Made by a program: the position numbers and the translations under genes. A stretch of 64,000 nucleotides of DNA from the human T2T-CHM13v2.0 reference genome, Homo sapiens: assembly GCF_009914755.1 (NCBI RefSeq), contig NC_060926.1, one strand, 5' to 3'. Shown here piece by piece: positions 40,760 through 55,095 of this stretch. Under the pieces are notes generated by a model, which ran no database searches, was not told the DNA's origin, and was given only the letters and a program-made list of their open reading frames with translations. Every line of letters starts with the position of its first letter. Within the stretch, counting starts at the first letter, position 1.

Positions 40760-42320
40760 TAGAGATTTTCTGCTTCATGTCAGAACACAAGATTAGGTTT
40801 TTTGGTTTTGTTTTTGGTTTTGCCAGACAAATCTTCCCACAGGAAAAAAAAATAGAAAATTAGAAAGACATTTTTAAACTATAAATGCTTGAAGGCATCA
40901 AAGAGTTTCAAAAACTTAGATTTTTCAAAGAGAGAAAAGGGGCACAGAGAAATGAGCTCAATATTCAGTGTGTTTTACCCTTAAGCCTCTGCCAATTTAC
41001 CAGTGGTGTCTTAAGGACTGAAAAGTTGTGCAGAAGCCTGTGTCTAGAATGATGAGAGACCAAACAGAACTTCCAACCCTCTCAAGAGGCTGAGGAGGAC
41101 ATAAATTGGAATTCAGGGTATACCAAGTTCTGTAGTTTGAATGTGTGTCCCAAAGCAACAGCATGGAGAGGTGGGGCCTAATGGAAAGTGTTTATCATGA
41201 GGGCTCCTCCCTCACGAATAGATTCATGCTGCTATAGAAAAGGCTCATGGAAGTGGACTCTCTCTCTCCCACTCCTGTTTTTTTGCCATGTGAGGACACA
41301 ATGTTTCTCATCTCAAGAACTCAGCATTCAAGATGCCATCTTAGAAGCAGAGAGGCTAGGCCCCAACCTGCGAGCACTTTGGTTTTGGACTTCGCAGACC
41401 CCAGAACTGTGAGAGAATACATTTCTGTTCTTTATAAATTATTCAGTCTGTGGTGCTCTTTTACACCACCATAAAATAGACTAACACACCAAGGAAAAGG
41501 AATCTTGATAAATAACCAAGACGTTCAGCTAAGACTCCTGAAAGACAATTGGGAATCCCTGTAAATATGATGAATCAGAAACAATGTTGGATTGGCCATC
41601 AAAAACACTAAAATGTAACTTTGAATCATCTCAATTCCTGGCTAGATTAAGGTGACATTCCACTATGCTAACTGCCTAAATCAAAACACAAGCAAATCCT
41701 TTTTGAAAAAAGATTAAAATCATTCAGAATCCAGTTTCTCATATATGACATCTAGCATTAAATCCAAAATTACCAGGATACAAGAACACTTGACCAAAAA
41801 TCAAGAGAATAATATATAATAGTAATAGATCTACCAAAACCTCATTAGAGTAATTAGACATGAATTTGTTTAAATTGTGATTAATACCCTCAACAAGTTG
41901 ATGGCAAATTGAAGAATTTCAGCAGAGAAATGGAAATTATAAAAAATACGAATTTTAGAATTAAAAATATATAAGCAAAATCAAGAATACACCTAATGGG
42001 TCTAATAGCAAATTGCATACAGCTGATGAAAAGATTCATGAACTGTAAGTTGGTAAAAATATACAGACTGATGCATAGAGAAACAAATAGAAAATGCATA
42101 TACAAACCTCAAATAGGATGAATACAAATGAAAGAACACCTAAGCACATCATGGTAAAACAGCTGGAAATTAAAGACAAAAAAAAATTATAAGCAGGGAG
42201 AAAGAAGACAACATTTTATTCAAAGAAGCCAGAAGACTAATAAATTGACAGATGACTCTACAAAAGAAACAATGAGATCCAGGAAAAATGGAAAAACATA
42301 ATGAAAGTATAGAAATAATC
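40760..42320 (+). mobile_element. Ancient L1M 5' UTR/ORF1 remnant, split by MST LTR
   Basis: CTCAATTCCTGGCTAGATTAAGGTGA resembles 1408-1433; GAATTTCAGCAGAGAAATGGAA...GAACACCTAAGCACATCATGGTAAAAC. Confidence 0.65.
41128..41488 (+). mobile_element. MaLR MSTC/MSTD-like LTR
   Basis: GTTTGAATGTGTGTCCC...GCCATCTTAGAAGCAGAGA...AGACTAACACA; perfect TSD CCAAG. Confidence 0.82.
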
Positions 42321-42577
42321 CTGTTGCTTATTTAGTCCCACTCTGAATCACCTATCTCTGATGAGAAAACTACTCCCAGAGAGGTAAGTATCTAGCCCAA
42401 GATAACAAAGCAAAGTCAGACCAGAATTTTAGGTTGCCTTAAAATTCAGTCTCCTAGTTTACTTGTATTCTTCCCACTCAAAGAAGATAAAAAACATTTT
42501 ACCCTACCAAAGAAACTACTCTTTTCTGTGCATACCTTTTTCAAATATGTATTTAGGTATCCCTTCAAAGAAAATAC

Positions 42578-42876
<299 letters not shown>

Positions 42877-44869
42877 AGAAAATATTCTTTATATAACCCA
42901 ACTGCTAAATTTTCACTAGACATATTAACACTTCTGAAAACTTAGATTTCATTTTTGCTCTTTACAAAGAACTCTTGGAACTAGGAGAGTTCCTACTAAA
43001 AAAAAAATCCCTGAAGTATAAAATTCACTGGTTCATTTTAAGTACTACATTCCTACTTTGTCTAAAAATTGGGTAAAAGGGAGTATCATTTTACTGTGTG
43101 CGTGACGCTTTATTCAACTTCAATTCCAATATCTCAAACAGGACACAACCACTTTTTTAGACAACCTCTATAGACCCATTTTTTAAAAAAAGTTTTGAAC
43201 ATATAAAAAAATCTTTTGGTGCTTAAAAACTTACACTTGCCTAAGTCATCTATTCCACAGCTCTGGCAGTAAAGATTAATAAATGTCATTCTTCTTAATG
43301 CCACATCAGAAAATGTGGCCTTTCAACATGCACATTTGTGCAATTCAAAACCATGGGGGGTCTCCTTAAATGACTTTTCCTGAATACATTCAGGGATACA
43401 CATTACTATGCATGATGAAAGAGATCAGTAATGTTTCTCATTTTTATAAGACATTATTTCCATTTTTTACATTACTGTAATAAAGAGGATATAGCAAATA
43501 AAATGGAGGCAGCTCACTATTTAGAAATGTAAAGGTGATAACACTTGCTATAGGAATTTTCTGTCAAATTTACAGGAAAGAATTAGAGATTGGAAAGCCT
43601 GAGGAATTAATTCTGGGAATACGAAAGCATTTTCTGTGTAGCTGAATTAGCAATGCCCTCAGATTGTCTCTTGAAATACTGCATAGCACTGAGGGCACCA
43701 AATGAATAGAAAAAAGTAGGTTCATTTTGCTGCTACTAAATGCAGAACTTTATATCCCTGACTAATGTTTTAAAACTGGTCATTACCTAAAAGTAGTCTC
43801 ATTATTTTTATTAACTGCCAATCAAAGCTTGCCCTTTAAGTAAAGTCCATGAGTGGGCAAAATCTACTTTTGCCATTGAAGATTTTGTATCTTTGCGGTA
43901 GAATCTGTTTAACGTTGTCTTACCATGCTAAATATCTCAGTAACCACCCATGTCTGTGCCAGATGGAGGTGACTGCTCTAGCTCCACATGCACCTGTCAG
44001 CAATCCAGCAATCTAAAAGAGTTAAATGACTCCATCTGCTCTTCCTGATTGCCTGGAGACTGCCCCTCAAATGTTAGTGGTTTTGTTTGTTAATAAATAA
44101 TAAAAGGATGCTTTGTCAATTATGTGACTTGACTGATTCATAATTTGTGCTAACAAATTTCTGTCAATATTGAGTGAATCAATAAAGAAACATTTATTAG
44201 GTACTCACTGCATATCTTTATGGTACTAGTTGCTATAAGATATAGGAGAAAATAAATATATCATTTAGAAGGAAAACATACTTAAAATCTTCAGAGAATT
44301 TCCTAGAAATTTACCTTCTCCTGGTTGTCACCTCTGGTTTAAGCGCCTAACATTTTTGAATTTGTTTAGGGAACATCTCACCATCCTTTTCATGCATGCT
44401 GTTTAATTTCACACTACATTGACCTAGATGTGGAACTGTTTTAATTTCCCACAAAGCAATCAGTCCCCTGGATATCTATATACAAAAAAGATTTGACTGC
44501 AAATTTGGGATGTCAGGGAATTTGCATGGCCACAACACAAACAACCTGAAAATGCAAGTCGAGATATTTCTGCTATGAAAGTCACTCGGCCATTTGCACA
44601 ACTAGAATTTCAGTCTTCTACCATGTTATGTTCAACTCTCTCCTCACTCCCTTTTCTCTTTCTTCTTGTGCTTCACTACCAAGTTCTTCTTCATTTCAAA
44701 TTCACAGTAGCTTTTCATCTTGGCTTTTGCCAATCTGTGTATTCAGAATGTCTTCCTTCACCCCTAATTGGCTGGTCAAGGTGTTTTCCTTAAAAAGGCT
44801 ATAACCTCCTTAAGAGGAATTCTGGAATCAACCATTAAAGTTATAAAATATTTTACCCTGATATATTAA

Positions 44870-45500
44870 TAATTCCCAAAGCTATCAAAGTAGTGGAGAA
44901 AGTGGTAAACTCTCGCATTACTTCTCAGCTGTAGAGTCAATTTACACTGCTTCTAGAAATTTAACAACATTTATTAAAAATAATAACGTTCATATGTTTT
45001 TGCCCTGGAATTCCACTCCACAGAACTTCACATACTTCATAGTAAATACTCAATATATGATAGCTATCATTATTGGTTATTATTCCAAGGTAACTAAATT
45101 TATACCTGTTAAATGCACAAATTGTTCTTTGCAACATTATATATTATAGAAAAATTTGGAAACGGTATGTACAATTGGTGAACAGCTAAATTGAATACTA
45201 ATATTTGATGGGATATAACGCAGCCACTAAACATTTCCATGTTACTACTGGAATATACCTTTATCATCTCACAAATTTTTTTGTGAAAAAAATGATCAGA
45301 AAACAAGGTAACATTTAGACTGATTGAAATCATGCAACAAACATGTACATAAATGAAAACTGGATGAAAACATATACAAAAGAAAAACAGAATATAAGAT
45401 ATAGTAGTGTGCCTACTGGCATTTTAATATTCCTTTTATTATTTCCCTTGTTGTTCTGGCTTTCATATAATAAAAATCCTAATAGTTCACTGTCACCAAC
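44870..45500 (+). mobile_element. L1ME-like 3' fragment
   Basis: GTGGAGAAAGTGGTAAACTCTC...TTTTGCCCTGGAATTCCACTCC...TTCTTTGCAACATTAT. Confidence 0.5.
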
Positions 45501-45814
45501 AAGTTCTTTCTCCAAGATGAACCTGAAAGTCAATATAAATTTTGATGAAGATTTTAGTGAACATTCCATGAACAAAGTGTTTCCTTCAAAGGTGATTGCG
45601 ATATCTGGAAACAAACTTGAGTATTATTTGCTTCATAATTTAGAGCTCCCTAGAAATGCTCTTGGATTGTCTGCTTGCATTTCAATGGTATCATAGTCTC
45701 TATCCTGCATGGTAAGTGGAGACCTCAGCTGTGAGGCCTAGTGGGGAATTTAAAGGTTTCTTCCTGGATTCACGGTAAAATGGAAGGCTTGCTTCTCTTG
45801 AGCCCTTCCTCTAG

Positions 45815-46060
45815 GGCTGTTGTCTCCAAAGTGAAGTGTGCACATCTCAGGTGGTACGCAAATACTAGGGCTTCTGCATACATTTATTTATATCTTATTC
45901 TTTTAAAACTTATTTTGAGTGCTTTTTAATTTACATATTATTTTAATAATTAGTTTCTCTAAATAACTTATAGGGTAATAAATACGTTTATAAGGACACC
46001 TGTTCAAAATCTTCTTTTGACAGATGTTTGAACAAAAAAACTTTTAGAGAACACTGCTCT
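45815..46060. mobile_element. Degenerate hAT-Charlie-like DNA element
   Basis: TIR-like ends CTGTTGTCTCCAAAGTG ... TTTAGAGAACACTG. Confidence 0.35.
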
Positions 46061-46593
46061 GGAGATGAATTAGAAAAGTCATCATTAAATTTAGTTTCAA
46101 CAAAAGCAGATGCATATCCTAATACATGATAGGGTATCCTAACCATCACCTCAGTTCAAGCATCTTGCACTGCTCTGTTCTCCCCCCTCTCATCCTCTTG
46201 ACACACATATAATGGCTTCCCCACCATCACCCTGCCAAGTATCCAGGCCCTCTACTTAGCACTGGACTTGAGTTTGTGCACATCCTAGAGCCCTGAGGAA
46301 TGTATCCACAGAGAATAATTAGGGGAGGGGAGTTCACCCATAGTTTTATGGCATGGATGGGTGTCACTCCTTAAGCAAGTGCTAAGTAGAAATGGAGCAA
46401 AATGCTCCAGTTTTAATGGCAGAATCAATTGTCAGAAGCACACAAAGTCAATGGCAGACTCTCACTCAGTAAAGGCTGAGTGATAGGACAATGAGGACAC
46501 AACTTTCACGAATACCTGGTCCTCTAGGTGCACTCACTCAGCAATTCCAGAGCATTCTCCCTTCTCCAAGATCACCTTACCAGCTTCAAAGGA

Positions 46594-46883
46594 GGCCGGG
46601 CTTGGTGGCTTATGCCTATAATCCTAGCACTTTGGGAAGCTGAGGTCGGCGGATTGCCTGAGCTCAGGAGTTGTACACCAGCCTGGGCAACATGGTGAAA
46701 CCCTGCCTCTACTAAAATGCAAAAAATTAGCCAGGCGTGGTGGCACATGCCTGTAGTCCCAGTTCCCCCAGAGCTGAGACATGAGAATTGCTTGAACCCA
46801 GGAAGGAGGTTGGCAGTGAACCAAGATCACACCACTACACTCCAGCCTAGGAAACAGAGCAAGACTTTGTCTCCAAAAGAAAG
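46594..46883 (+). mobile_element. Alu (old S/J)
   Basis: GGCCGGGCTTGGTGGCTTATGCC...GGATTGCCTGAGCTCAGGAG; dimeric. Confidence 0.93.
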
Positions 46884-47912
46884 GGGGGGGCCTCTAGCCC
46901 CCATACTTACTCTTCTTATTCCTCAACCCCAGTTTGCAACTCGTAGTATTCATCTGCTGTGACTTCTATCACCACCACTACTAAACCAGTTGTAAACAGG
47001 AACAGCAATGATGATGATTATATACAGATGCACCATTGAGCACCTGCTATATGTCATTCATTGCAGTAGCTCTTTATTGAATGATGGATGCTAATAGATT
47101 TATAGAGATTCTCACAACAGTGATAGTTTATGGAATCAATCCAAGGACAATTTTATATATTTTTCTACCTGAGAGTCATCTCTTCATAGTTAGCTCTTTA
47201 TGGGAGTTGCAACTGCCACTAAACATGCTGAGCAGGGCTTGCAGAAGTTTTAAATTTGCCCTAGTTTTGTTGTATTGTGCTGTTGTATTTTAAGTTCATA
47301 TGCCTTTGGTCATAATAAGTTCCTCCAGGTTGCCAGAGTTCCTACCTCTCTATATTGTCTTACACTCAGCATCACATGGTTATGTTAACTGTTCAACTCT
47401 TTAAGGCATTGCATTTTCCTACCATTTTACTCTAGACTGAAAAGTATCTTTACAATGGATATTTGAGGCCCTCAGCACAGCTGACTCATTAACCATCTGC
47501 ATTCACAATTAGACTGATGACCCCAAGAGCTTGAGAAAAATGAATGGAACAAGAATCTTTTGTGATTTAGTGGTGGTCTTTTACTATAGGAGAATCTTTG
47601 AAACAGCCTGAAATAGCTTTAGAGTTGCTTTTCCTTCTTGGCAGGGCCTTCTGTGTAATTTGTACATCCCAGTATAAAATGACTATGTGGGACCCCACAT
47701 TCAGAAAATAAGACAGGGAAAGGCTGCTTACTGTTACTAAAATATAAAGCTTTTTGTTAAAGTACTATATTACTAATAAAACATAGCAGAGTTAAAACTG
47801 ATAAATGAGTAACAAAAACGTATGCATTCCCAAAAATATTTTTGGTGTCCATTTTTTACATAAAACAATATAAAAATCTGTTAAGTAATGACTTGATTGA
47901 TAAAATTTTTCT

Positions 47913-50240
47913 GCAACAAAATACTAGCAAATCATTTCCAGCAGGATATCAAAAAGTGAGTTCACCACAATCAAGTAGGCTTTATTCCTGGGATGGAAGA
48001 TTGGTTCCACGTATGCATATCAATAAATACGATTCACCACATAAACAGAATTAACAACAAAAATCACATGATCATCTCAATAGACACAGAAAAGGCCTTC
48101 AATAAAATCCAACATCCCTTCATGATAAAAACCCTCAACAAATGAGGCATAAAAAATATATACCTCAAAATAATAAGAGCCATTTATGACAAACCCACAG
48201 CCAACATCATACCAAACAGGCAAAAGCAGGAAGCATTCCCCTTGAGAACTGGACAAAGCAAGGATGCCCACTCTCACCACTCCTATTCAACCATAGTACT
48301 GGAAGCCCTAGCCAGAGCAATCAGGCAAGAAAAAGAAACAAAAGGCATCCAAATAGGAAGAGGGGAAGTCAAACTATCTCTCTTCATAGACAATATGATT
48401 CTATACCTAGAAGACCCCAAAGACTCTGCCAGAAGGCTTCTAGAACTGATAAACAACTTCAGTAAAGCTTCAGGACACAAAATCCATGTACAATAAATAG
48501 CAGCATTTCTATACACCAATAACATCTAAGCTCAGAGCCAAATCAAGAATGCAATCTTATTCACAATAGCCACAAAAAGTATAAAATACCTAGGAATATA
48601 GCTTACCAAGAAGATAAAAGATTTCTACAATGAGAATTACAAAACACTGCTGAAACAAATCAGACAACACAAGTAAAAAAACATTCCATGATCATGAATA
48701 GGAAGAATCAATATTGTTAAAATGGCCATACTGCCCAAAGCAATTTACAGATTTAATGCTATTTCTATCAAACTACCAACATTATTTTTCACAGAATTGC
48801 AAAAACCTATTTAAAATTCATATAGAAATAAAAAAGAGCCTAAATTACCAAAGCAATCCTAAGCAAACAGAACAAAGCTGAAGGCATTACACTTCCTGAC
48901 TACAAACTATACTACAAGGCTATAGTAACCAAAGCATCATGGTACTAGTACAAAAACAGACACACAGGTCAACCAAACAGGTTAGAGAACCAGAAATAAA
49001 GCCACACACCTACAACTATGATGGACCCCTTAAAACTGGATCCCTTCCCTTCACCATATACAAAAATTAACTCAAGGTGGATTAAAGACTTAAATGTAAG
49101 ACCTAAAAACATAAAGATAAAATCTCTAGAAGAAAACCTAGGAAATACCATTCCTGATATTGGCTTTGGCAAAGAATTTATTACTAAGTCCCCAAAAGCA
49201 ATTGCAACAAAACCAAAAATTGACAAGTGGGACCAATTAAACTAAAGAGTTTCTGTACAGCAAAAGAAACTATCAACAGATTAAACAGACAATGTCCAGA
49301 ATGGGAGAAAATATTCACAAACTATGCATCTGACAAAGGTAATATCCAGACTCTATAAGGAACTTAAAAAAATCAAGCAAAAAACAACCCCATAAAAAAT
49401 GGGCAGAGGACATGAACAAAGACTTATCAAAAGAAGACATGCACACAGCCAACAAATACATGAAAACATGTTCATCATCACTAATCATTAGAAAAACGCA
49501 AATCAAAACCACAAGACACCGTCTGACACCAGGCAGAATGGCTATTATTAAAAAGTCAAAAAACAACAAATGCTGGTGAGGTTGCAGAGAAAAGGGGGAA
49601 CTCACACACTGCTGGTAAAAAGGTAAGTATGTTCAGCCACTGTGGAAAGCAGTGTGGAAATTTCTCAAAGAAAGTAAAACAGAACTACCATTCAACCCAG
49701 CAATCCCACTGAGTATATACCCAAAGGAAAATAAATCATTCTACCAAAAAGACACATGCACTCCTAAGTTCATTACAGCCCTATTCACAATAGCAAAGAT
49801 GTGAAATCAACCAAGATGTCCACCAATGGTGCACCAGATAAAGAAAATGTGGTGCAGATACACCTTGGAATACTATATAGTCAATAAAAAGAACGAAATC
49901 ATGTCCTTTGCAGCAACATGGATGAAGCTGGAGTGGATTATCCTAAGCAAACTAAGGCAGCACAGAAAACTAAATACCGCATGTTCTCACATATAAGTGG
50001 GAGCTAAACACTGAATACACATGGACACAAAGATGAGAAGAATAGACACTTGGGACTGCTTGAGGGAGGAGGATGGGAAGGGGCCGTGGGATGAAAGGCT
50101 ACCTATCAATAGGGTACTATGCTCACTACCCTGGTGACGGGATCATTCACACACCAAGTCTCAGCGACATGCAATTTACTCATGTAACAAACCTGTACAT
50201 GTACCCCCGAACCAGAAATAAAAGAAGGGGAAAAAAAAAA
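47913..50240 (+). mobile_element. L1PA15/16-like LINE-1, 5'-truncated, with decayed ORF2 (RT to C-terminus) and 3' UTR
   Basis: [15 protein letters not shown]...[13 protein letters not shown] (FADD motif decayed); GGGTACTATGCTCACTACCCTGGTGACGGGATCATT; many stops; poly-A. Confidence 0.92.
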
Positions 50241-50429
50241 CATCTTTTTGGCTTGCTCTTTGGCAAATTCATTTATTAAGATATCAACTTCGTTTTAAAT
50301 CAATGTAATTGAAAGCAGTGTCAATTGCTCTTGACAAATGCAAGATTGCAAATATATTTTGGTAATTTTAATTTTGAGAAAGATCTTTTTGCTGATGTAA
50401 CTGTTACAGGAGCTAAAAAGTTTTTTTAT

Positions 50430-51290
50430 AGGCTTCATTCTTAACATATGTAAAATAGATGATGATACTGTTAGTGTATCGGTTTTTTTTTTTCCTACAA
50501 ATGTATCATCTGTGTCATTTCTAGGAATCCTTCCATTGATTATGTTTCCTATTATAGGCTGCATTTTCCTGCTTCTTTGCATGCCTAGTAATTTTTAACT
50601 AGATGTCAAATATTGTAAAGTTTACTTTCTTTTTCTTTTTATTATTGAGACATTTCTGTCACACAGGCTGGAGTGCAATGGTACAATCTCCACTCACAGC
50701 AACCGCTGCATGCAGGGCTCAAATGATCCTCCTGCCTTAGCCTCCCAAGTAGCTGGGACTACAGGCAGCTACACATGTCACCACACCTGGCTAATTTTTG
50801 TATTTTTTGTAGAGGGGAGGTTTTGCCATGTTGCCCAGGCTGGTCTCAAACTCCTGGGCTCAAGCAATCTGCCTGCCTTGGCCTCCCAAAATGTTGGGAT
50901 TACAGGTGTGAGCCACCACACCTGGCCTGAAGTTTACTTTAATTAGGTACTGGATATTTCTGCATTCCTAAAAATATCTCTGGGTTTTGTTCTTGGATGC
51001 AGCTAAGTCACTTGGCAACAGTGCGATCCTTGTGGGTCTTGCTTTTCAGCTTTCTAAAGATAAGACCACAGTAGCATTTAATCTATGGATAATTGTGTCA
51101 CACCACTGAGGTAGTAAACGTTTGAGTACGCTACCTAATGCTCCAAGAATCATGAGGTGTTCCACTCTGGCTGATGGGAACATGTCCTGTCCCGTTCCTG
51201 GCCCTCTGTCACTTGTCAAGACTGTCTTTCTTGTTCTCTCCCTGGAGACTATCCTGTGGCATATACACAAATATTAACTCTTCAGCCTGA
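50430..51290 (-). mobile_element. Ancient L1M 5' UTR/ORF1 start, inverted
   Basis: Reverse reads AAAATTACTAGGCATGCAAAGAAGCAGGAAAATGCAGCC...GACACAGATGATAC...CATATGTTAAGAA. Confidence 0.7.
50629..50927 (-). mobile_element. AluJ
   Basis: Reverse Alu; TSD AAGTTTACTTT at 50618-50628 and 50930-50940. Confidence 0.93.
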
Positions 51291-51802
51291 GCTCCAGGAC
51301 AGAAACTGCTAGTACTCAGAGAAGATATGTTAAAAGCCCCCAAACTGAACATTGAAGAATGAACAATACAATGTCTGAGATGAAAAATTGAGTAAGAATA
51401 AAAGCAGATTTGATATCTCAGGAGAAAAGATAATGAAATTGAAGCCATTGAAATAGAAACCAACAAAAAATTAATCACAGAGGGGTAAAAAAGATTTTAA
51501 AAGAAATAAAGTACCAGTAAGCTGTGGAACAGATTCAAGCAGCTTAATATATATATGCCCTGGGAGTTCTCAAAAGAATGGAAAGAGGGGGGAAGATGGA
51601 AAAAAAATTTTGAATAAGCAATATGCAAAAACTTTTTGGAATTTGATGAAAACTATAAGCCCACAGACACAATAAGATTAGAAACCAAGCACCAGAAAAT
51701 AATAAATGTAAAACAATGCACATTTATAATTAAATTACTTAAAACTGGTGATTAAGAGAAAATCTTAAAATAAGCCAGAGGAAGAAAAGACACATTGCAT
51801 AC

Positions 51803-52369
51803 TACTGGGGCTCAGGCCACACCACCCCAAAATATGCCAGGAGACCAGAATATGCCACCGAGGCATGTTGATTACTTTAAGTTAAATGAAACTGAGAACC
51901 AGCCAATACAGGAAAAGTTCTTCACCTCTCCCCTCAACTTTCTAAAATAAAGCATACAACTCCCCTTTTGTAAAGGAAATTTACATTTATAAAGGACATT
52001 TCCATTAGTAAAGTTATCTGTACCAATGACAGAGCTGTTCGGAGAAAACTTTTAACACCTGAGTTTTATCTGCATAATGAGGCAACCTTTATTTACCATG
52101 CAATTTCTCCCTTCACGCTGTCATAACTCATCTCCATCCCAGCACTCCACTAGACGTCTCAAGCCTCTATTCCTTTCTGGAGCTCAGGATGCTATATAAG
52201 CTTCAATCATCTGGCCCTTTTTTGAGTCTCACATTTTTGCTGGACTCCCATGCATACGTACATAATTAAAATGGTTTATCTCATCTTCATCTGTTTTATG
52301 CCAATTTAATTCATAACCCAGCCAAAGAACCTGGGCAGGTTAGACAGAAGCCATTTTTCCTCCTCTGCA
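51803..52369 (+). mobile_element. ERV1 solo LTR (MER34-like)
   Basis: GGGGCTCAGG..ACCACCCCAAAATATG...GCTATATAAGCTTCAATCATCTGGCC...TTTTTCCTCCTCTGCA. Confidence 0.7.
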
Positions 52370-52755
52370 ATATAGATAACAAAAAATACGGACAGCAAAT
52401 TTCTCATTTTTTAAAAAAGGTACAAAACCAAAGTCAATAAAATATCTTTAAAGTAATTAAAAGAAATTAACTGTCATTGTAAAATCATACATGCACTGAA
52501 AATATGTTTTAAAAATTAGTCAAAATAAGGCTTTTTCAGTCAAAAAGCAAAACAACACAACACAACCTGGAAGAATTCAGCACCAGCAGACCTGTACTGC
52601 AAGAAATATTAAAGAAAGTCCTTTATATGAAATGAAAATTATACCAGACATATCTTGAGCTAAATAAGGAATGAAGAATAGCACAAATGGTAAATATGTG
52701 GGTAAATAGAGACAATTTTTTAATGTTTTAAACATATCATTGGAAGTTTAAGAAA

Positions 52756-53614
52756 TGTAAAAGAGGCCAGGCGCTGTGGCACACACCTGTAATCCCAGCA
52801 CTTTGGGAGGCCGAGGCAGGTGGATCACGCGGTCAGGAGATCGAGACCATCCTGGTCAACATGGTGAAACCCCGGCTCTATTAAAAATACAAAAATTAGC
52901 TGGACGTGGTGGCTTATGCCTGTAATCCTAGCTACTTGGGAGGCCGAGGCAGGAGAATCACTTGTACCAGGGAGTCAGAGGTTGCAGTGAGCCAGGATCG
53001 CGCCACTGCACTCCAGCCTGGCAACAGAGAGAGACTCCGTCTCAAAAAAAAAAAAAAAGAAATGTAAAAGAAAAAATTTCAGGACCTTCTAAATTTATTA
53101 TGCCAAGAGGCAAGTTAAGCCCTGGAGACTGAGTCTTGTAGCATGTCTGCAACTTCGGTCTCTTAGTTTATGGATTAACTCTCTTCTTCATTGTTCTTGT
53201 TCAATATATGACTAGGATAAACCAGAAACCAGACCTTCTCCCCTTCCAATCACTGATCTTTGTTCAAGATTAACTGCCTCCTTTATTATCCTGCACCCAA
53301 CTAACCAAATGGCACCCAAGACTCCATGACTGTTACATCTTCAGTGTGGAAGGTAAATATGCCTTTCCCCAAAGAAAAAGACCACCCTGACTAATCATAT
53401 CATTGTAACTATGCATTCAGCCTTACACAGAAAGATAATGAAGTTCTGTTAGGCTTCCCTAAGTTTTGTCTATATAAATGATCCCAAACTTCTACATTTC
53501 ATAACACTGACTTCTTTGGAATCTGTGCTTCCCAGGTGGCTCATCCTCAAATTCCGCACTTGAATAAACTCTCTTTAAATTAAACTTGGACCCTTTTGAT
53601 TATTTAGGTTGACA
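52756..53614 (+). mobile_element. ERV1 MER4-group solo LTR (body 53063-53614), Alu inserted in its first bases
   Basis: TG..CA ends; TATATAAA and AATAAA present; ends GATTATTTAGGTTGACA; 4-bp TSD GAAA. Confidence 0.7.
52765..53056 (+). mobile_element. AluSc-like
   Basis: GAGATCGAGACCATCCTGG; CCTGGCAACAGAG; 15-bp TSD AAGAAATGTAAAAGA. Confidence 0.94.
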
Positions 53615-53744
53615 GAAAAAATTACTAATAATGTAATAGGGCTTATATACAAACATATTTCAGAGACCTTGCAGATTCAGTTCCAGACCACTGCAAAAAG
53701 TGAGTATCACAATAAATGGCCACAAAAATTTTTTGGTTTTCCAG

Positions 53745-54104
53745 TCTATTAGTCTGTTCTCAGGCTGCTAATAAAGACATACCTGAGACTGGATAAAGAA
53801 AACAAGGTTTAATGGACTCACAGTTCTACATGGCTGGGCAGGCCTCACAATCATGGCAGAAGACGAATGAAGAGCAAAGGGACATCTTAGATTGCAGCAG
53901 GCAAAAGAGCTTGTGTAGGGGAACTCCCCTTTATAAAACCATCAGATCGCATGAGACTCATTCACCATGCCAAGAACAGCATGGGAAAGACCCGGCCTCA
54001 TGATTCAATTACCTCCCACCAAGTCCTTCCCACAACATATGGGAATTACAGAAGCTACAATTCAAGGTGAGATTTGGGTGAGAACGCAGAGCCAAACCAT
54101 ATAA
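53745..54104 (-). mobile_element. THE1 LTR
   Basis: CTGCTAATAAAGACATACCTGAGACTGG...AGAGCTTGTGTAGGGGAACTCCCCTTTATAAAACCATCAGAT; near-TSD TCCAG/CCCAG. Confidence 0.9.
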
Positions 54105-54207
54105 CCCAGTGCATGTAAAAGTTGTTTACAATATACTATAGTCTACTAAGTGTGCAATAGCATTATGTCTGAAAAACTATGAATATACTTTAATTTTAAA
54201 ATTTATT

Positions 54208-54515
<308 letters not shown>

Positions 54516-54645
54516 TCATCTGAACCTTCAGTGAGCCATAATCTTATTGATGGAAGATCTTGCCTTGATGTTGATGGCTGCAGACTGATCAGGATGGTGG
54601 TTGCTGAAGGCTGAGGTGGTTGTGGCAATTTCTTAAAATAAGATA

Positions 54646-55095
54646 TCAATGAAGTTTGCCACATCTGTTGACTATTCCTTTCACAAAGGATTTCTCTTTA
54701 GCATGCAATGCTGTTTGATAGCATTTTTCCCACAATATAATTTCTTTCAAAAGAAACTCTGCCACTGCTTTATCAACAAAGTGTTGGTAATATTCTAAAT
54801 CCTTTGTTGCCATTTCAACAATGTTCTCAGCAACTTCACCAGGAATAGATTCCAACTGAAGAAACCACTTTCGTTGCTCATAAATAAGAAGAAACTCCTC
54901 ATTAGTTGAAGTTTTATCTTGAGATTGCAGCAATTCAATTCCATCTTCAGGCTCTACTTCTAATTCTATTTCTCTTGTTCCTTCCACCACATCTGCAGTT
55001 ACTTCTACTGAGGTCTTAAACCTCTCAAAGTCATCCATGAAAGTTGAAATCAACTTCTTCCAAACTCCTGTGAATGTTATTTGACCTCCTTCCAC
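54646..55095 (-). pseudogene. Tigger1 transposase C-terminal remnant
   Basis: WKKLISTFMDDFERFKTSVEVTADVVE...LEVEPED..ELLQS.DKT...EQRKWFL..ES.PGE...NIVEM.TKDLEYY matches the Tigger1/TIGD1-type C-terminus; frameshifted after VDKAVAEF. Confidence 0.88.

Noticed and set aside
47913-50240. Reverse-transcriptase-like peptides as a possible novel RT system
   Set aside because: Ordinary decayed L1 ORF2: catalytic motif altered (FIDN), many stops and frameshifts, 5'-truncated.
54646-55095. 149-aa transposase-like ORF as a domesticated TIGD gene
   Set aside because: Only the C-terminal part, frameshifted, with upstream coding sequence broken by Alus and deletions.
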